A DNA stretch of 64,000 bases. Source: Botryllus schlosseri (taxonomy: Eukaryota). The position numbers were made by a program, and so were the translations under genes. Positions 63,093-64,000 of the stretch are shown here, one piece after another. Location of the stretch: contig CM119371.1 of NCBI GenBank assembly GCA_051294905.1, positions 8,620,001 through 8,684,000 of the forward strand, given 5' to 3'. Numbering within the stretch: position 1 is the stretch's first letter; each line of letters starts with the position of its first letter. A model generated the notes under the pieces. That model had not been told where the DNA came from. It worked only from the letters and a program-made list of their open reading frames with translations, and did not search any database.

Positions 63093-63671
63093 CAGGGTTG
63101 TAACCAAGTCACATGGCTCCGAGTCACAAGTCAGTCTCGCTTTTATAGTTTTGACTCGAGTCAAGTCGAGTCATTTTCGATCCACCACCGAGTCAAGTCC
63201 GAGTCCAAGTCAGCGAGTCTAGTCCGAGTCATGGCATTATGACTCGAGTCCGAGTCCAAGTCATTGTCTTTGACGGCTCAGTTTCCAGTTAAATTATTGT
63301 TAACCCAATTTTTACAACTCTGTTTGGTGATATCGAATGGTTGGCATTCATAATATACTACGTTTCCTCACTTTTAGCAATTTCTGGTCGCATTTTCAGG
63401 TACCAGTACTAATAGACGAAATCCCAATAGTGTGGTAACTTTACCATTCTTCGAAGTTACAATGAAATGTCGGTCTTGGCCGTCTGAGTCTCGAGTCATA
63501 TGACTTGGTTCGAGTGATGCGCAATGACTCGAGTCCAAGTCGAGTCAATGCACAGATTGACTCGAGTCGAGTCGATTCATTTCCGAATTTTCCGAAAATG
63601 ACTCGAGTCAAGTCGAGTCATTAGAGAATCGTGACTCGAGTCGAGTCATGACTCGAGTCATTACAACCCTG
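63093..63671. mobile_element. hAT MITE with GACTCGAGTC repeats (same family as 45186-45701)
   Basis: TIR CAGGGTTGTAA / TTACAACCCTG; perfect TSD ctgttact. Confidence 0.92.
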
Positions 63672-64000
63672 CTGTTACTGTGGCGTTGCGATTATGCTAT
63701 TCACATTTTGAGGCAAGGTTTTCGAGCTAGTCGCTAAGTTAAACTTTTTATTGAATGATGTCGTGATCAGCTAATACCATAGTAACAACTCTGTTCGTCT
63801 GCAGCGAAGATATGTTTAGCCTACGTTTTCACCATCCGATAGCATCGAGGTAGGGTAATTATGTAGTTGAAAATAATTCTTTATGTTGCAGTACTAAACA
63901 CACTAATATCGAGTTCATGGTGGTAATTCATGCGGATTTCTGACAGTGAATTTGGACATACTGCATGTATGCTCGAGGATTCAGGCTCGGCTTGATGTTT

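Noticed and set aside
44400..64000. Adjacent RHIM-containing effector gene (RIPK, MLKL/HeLo or gasdermin-like) as partner of the NLR
   Set aside because: Searched by eye; only TE remnants and unassignable short ORFs (e.g. 48084..48371) were found. Small exons could have been missed.

Overview
Eukaryotic, AT-rich animal genomic DNA with spliceosomal introns and very dense transposons; a marine invertebrate such as an ascidian is a guess that the sequence cannot prove. One host gene dominates: a minus-strand, multi-exon NACHT-type NLR running from an ATG at 39983 to at least 9182. My hand-built exon chain is phase-consistent and gives this architecture: short acidic leader, then a single 138-nt exon carrying a RHIM-like motif (LQLIKSTVNIVAGDRNYVT), then NACHT/WHD, then degenerate LRRs, with no death-fold or TIR domain. 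An apparent 1-nt frameshift at about 24594-24596 separates the RHIM-like part from the NACHT frame unless a downstream in-phase acceptor is used. The intron between the RHIM and NACHT exons holds a nested TE stack. A Charlie-type hAT contains an I-group LINE (EN-RT-RNase H-CCHC, (TAA)n tail) flanked by a 125-bp direct repeat, and the LINE itself contains a SINE and two hAT MITEs. The rest of the window is more than 20 hAT MITEs with 8-bp TSDs, a Chapaev3 remnant, a 586-bp foldback element, two SINE families and local tandem or inverted duplications. No second host gene was recognised in 40-64 kb.
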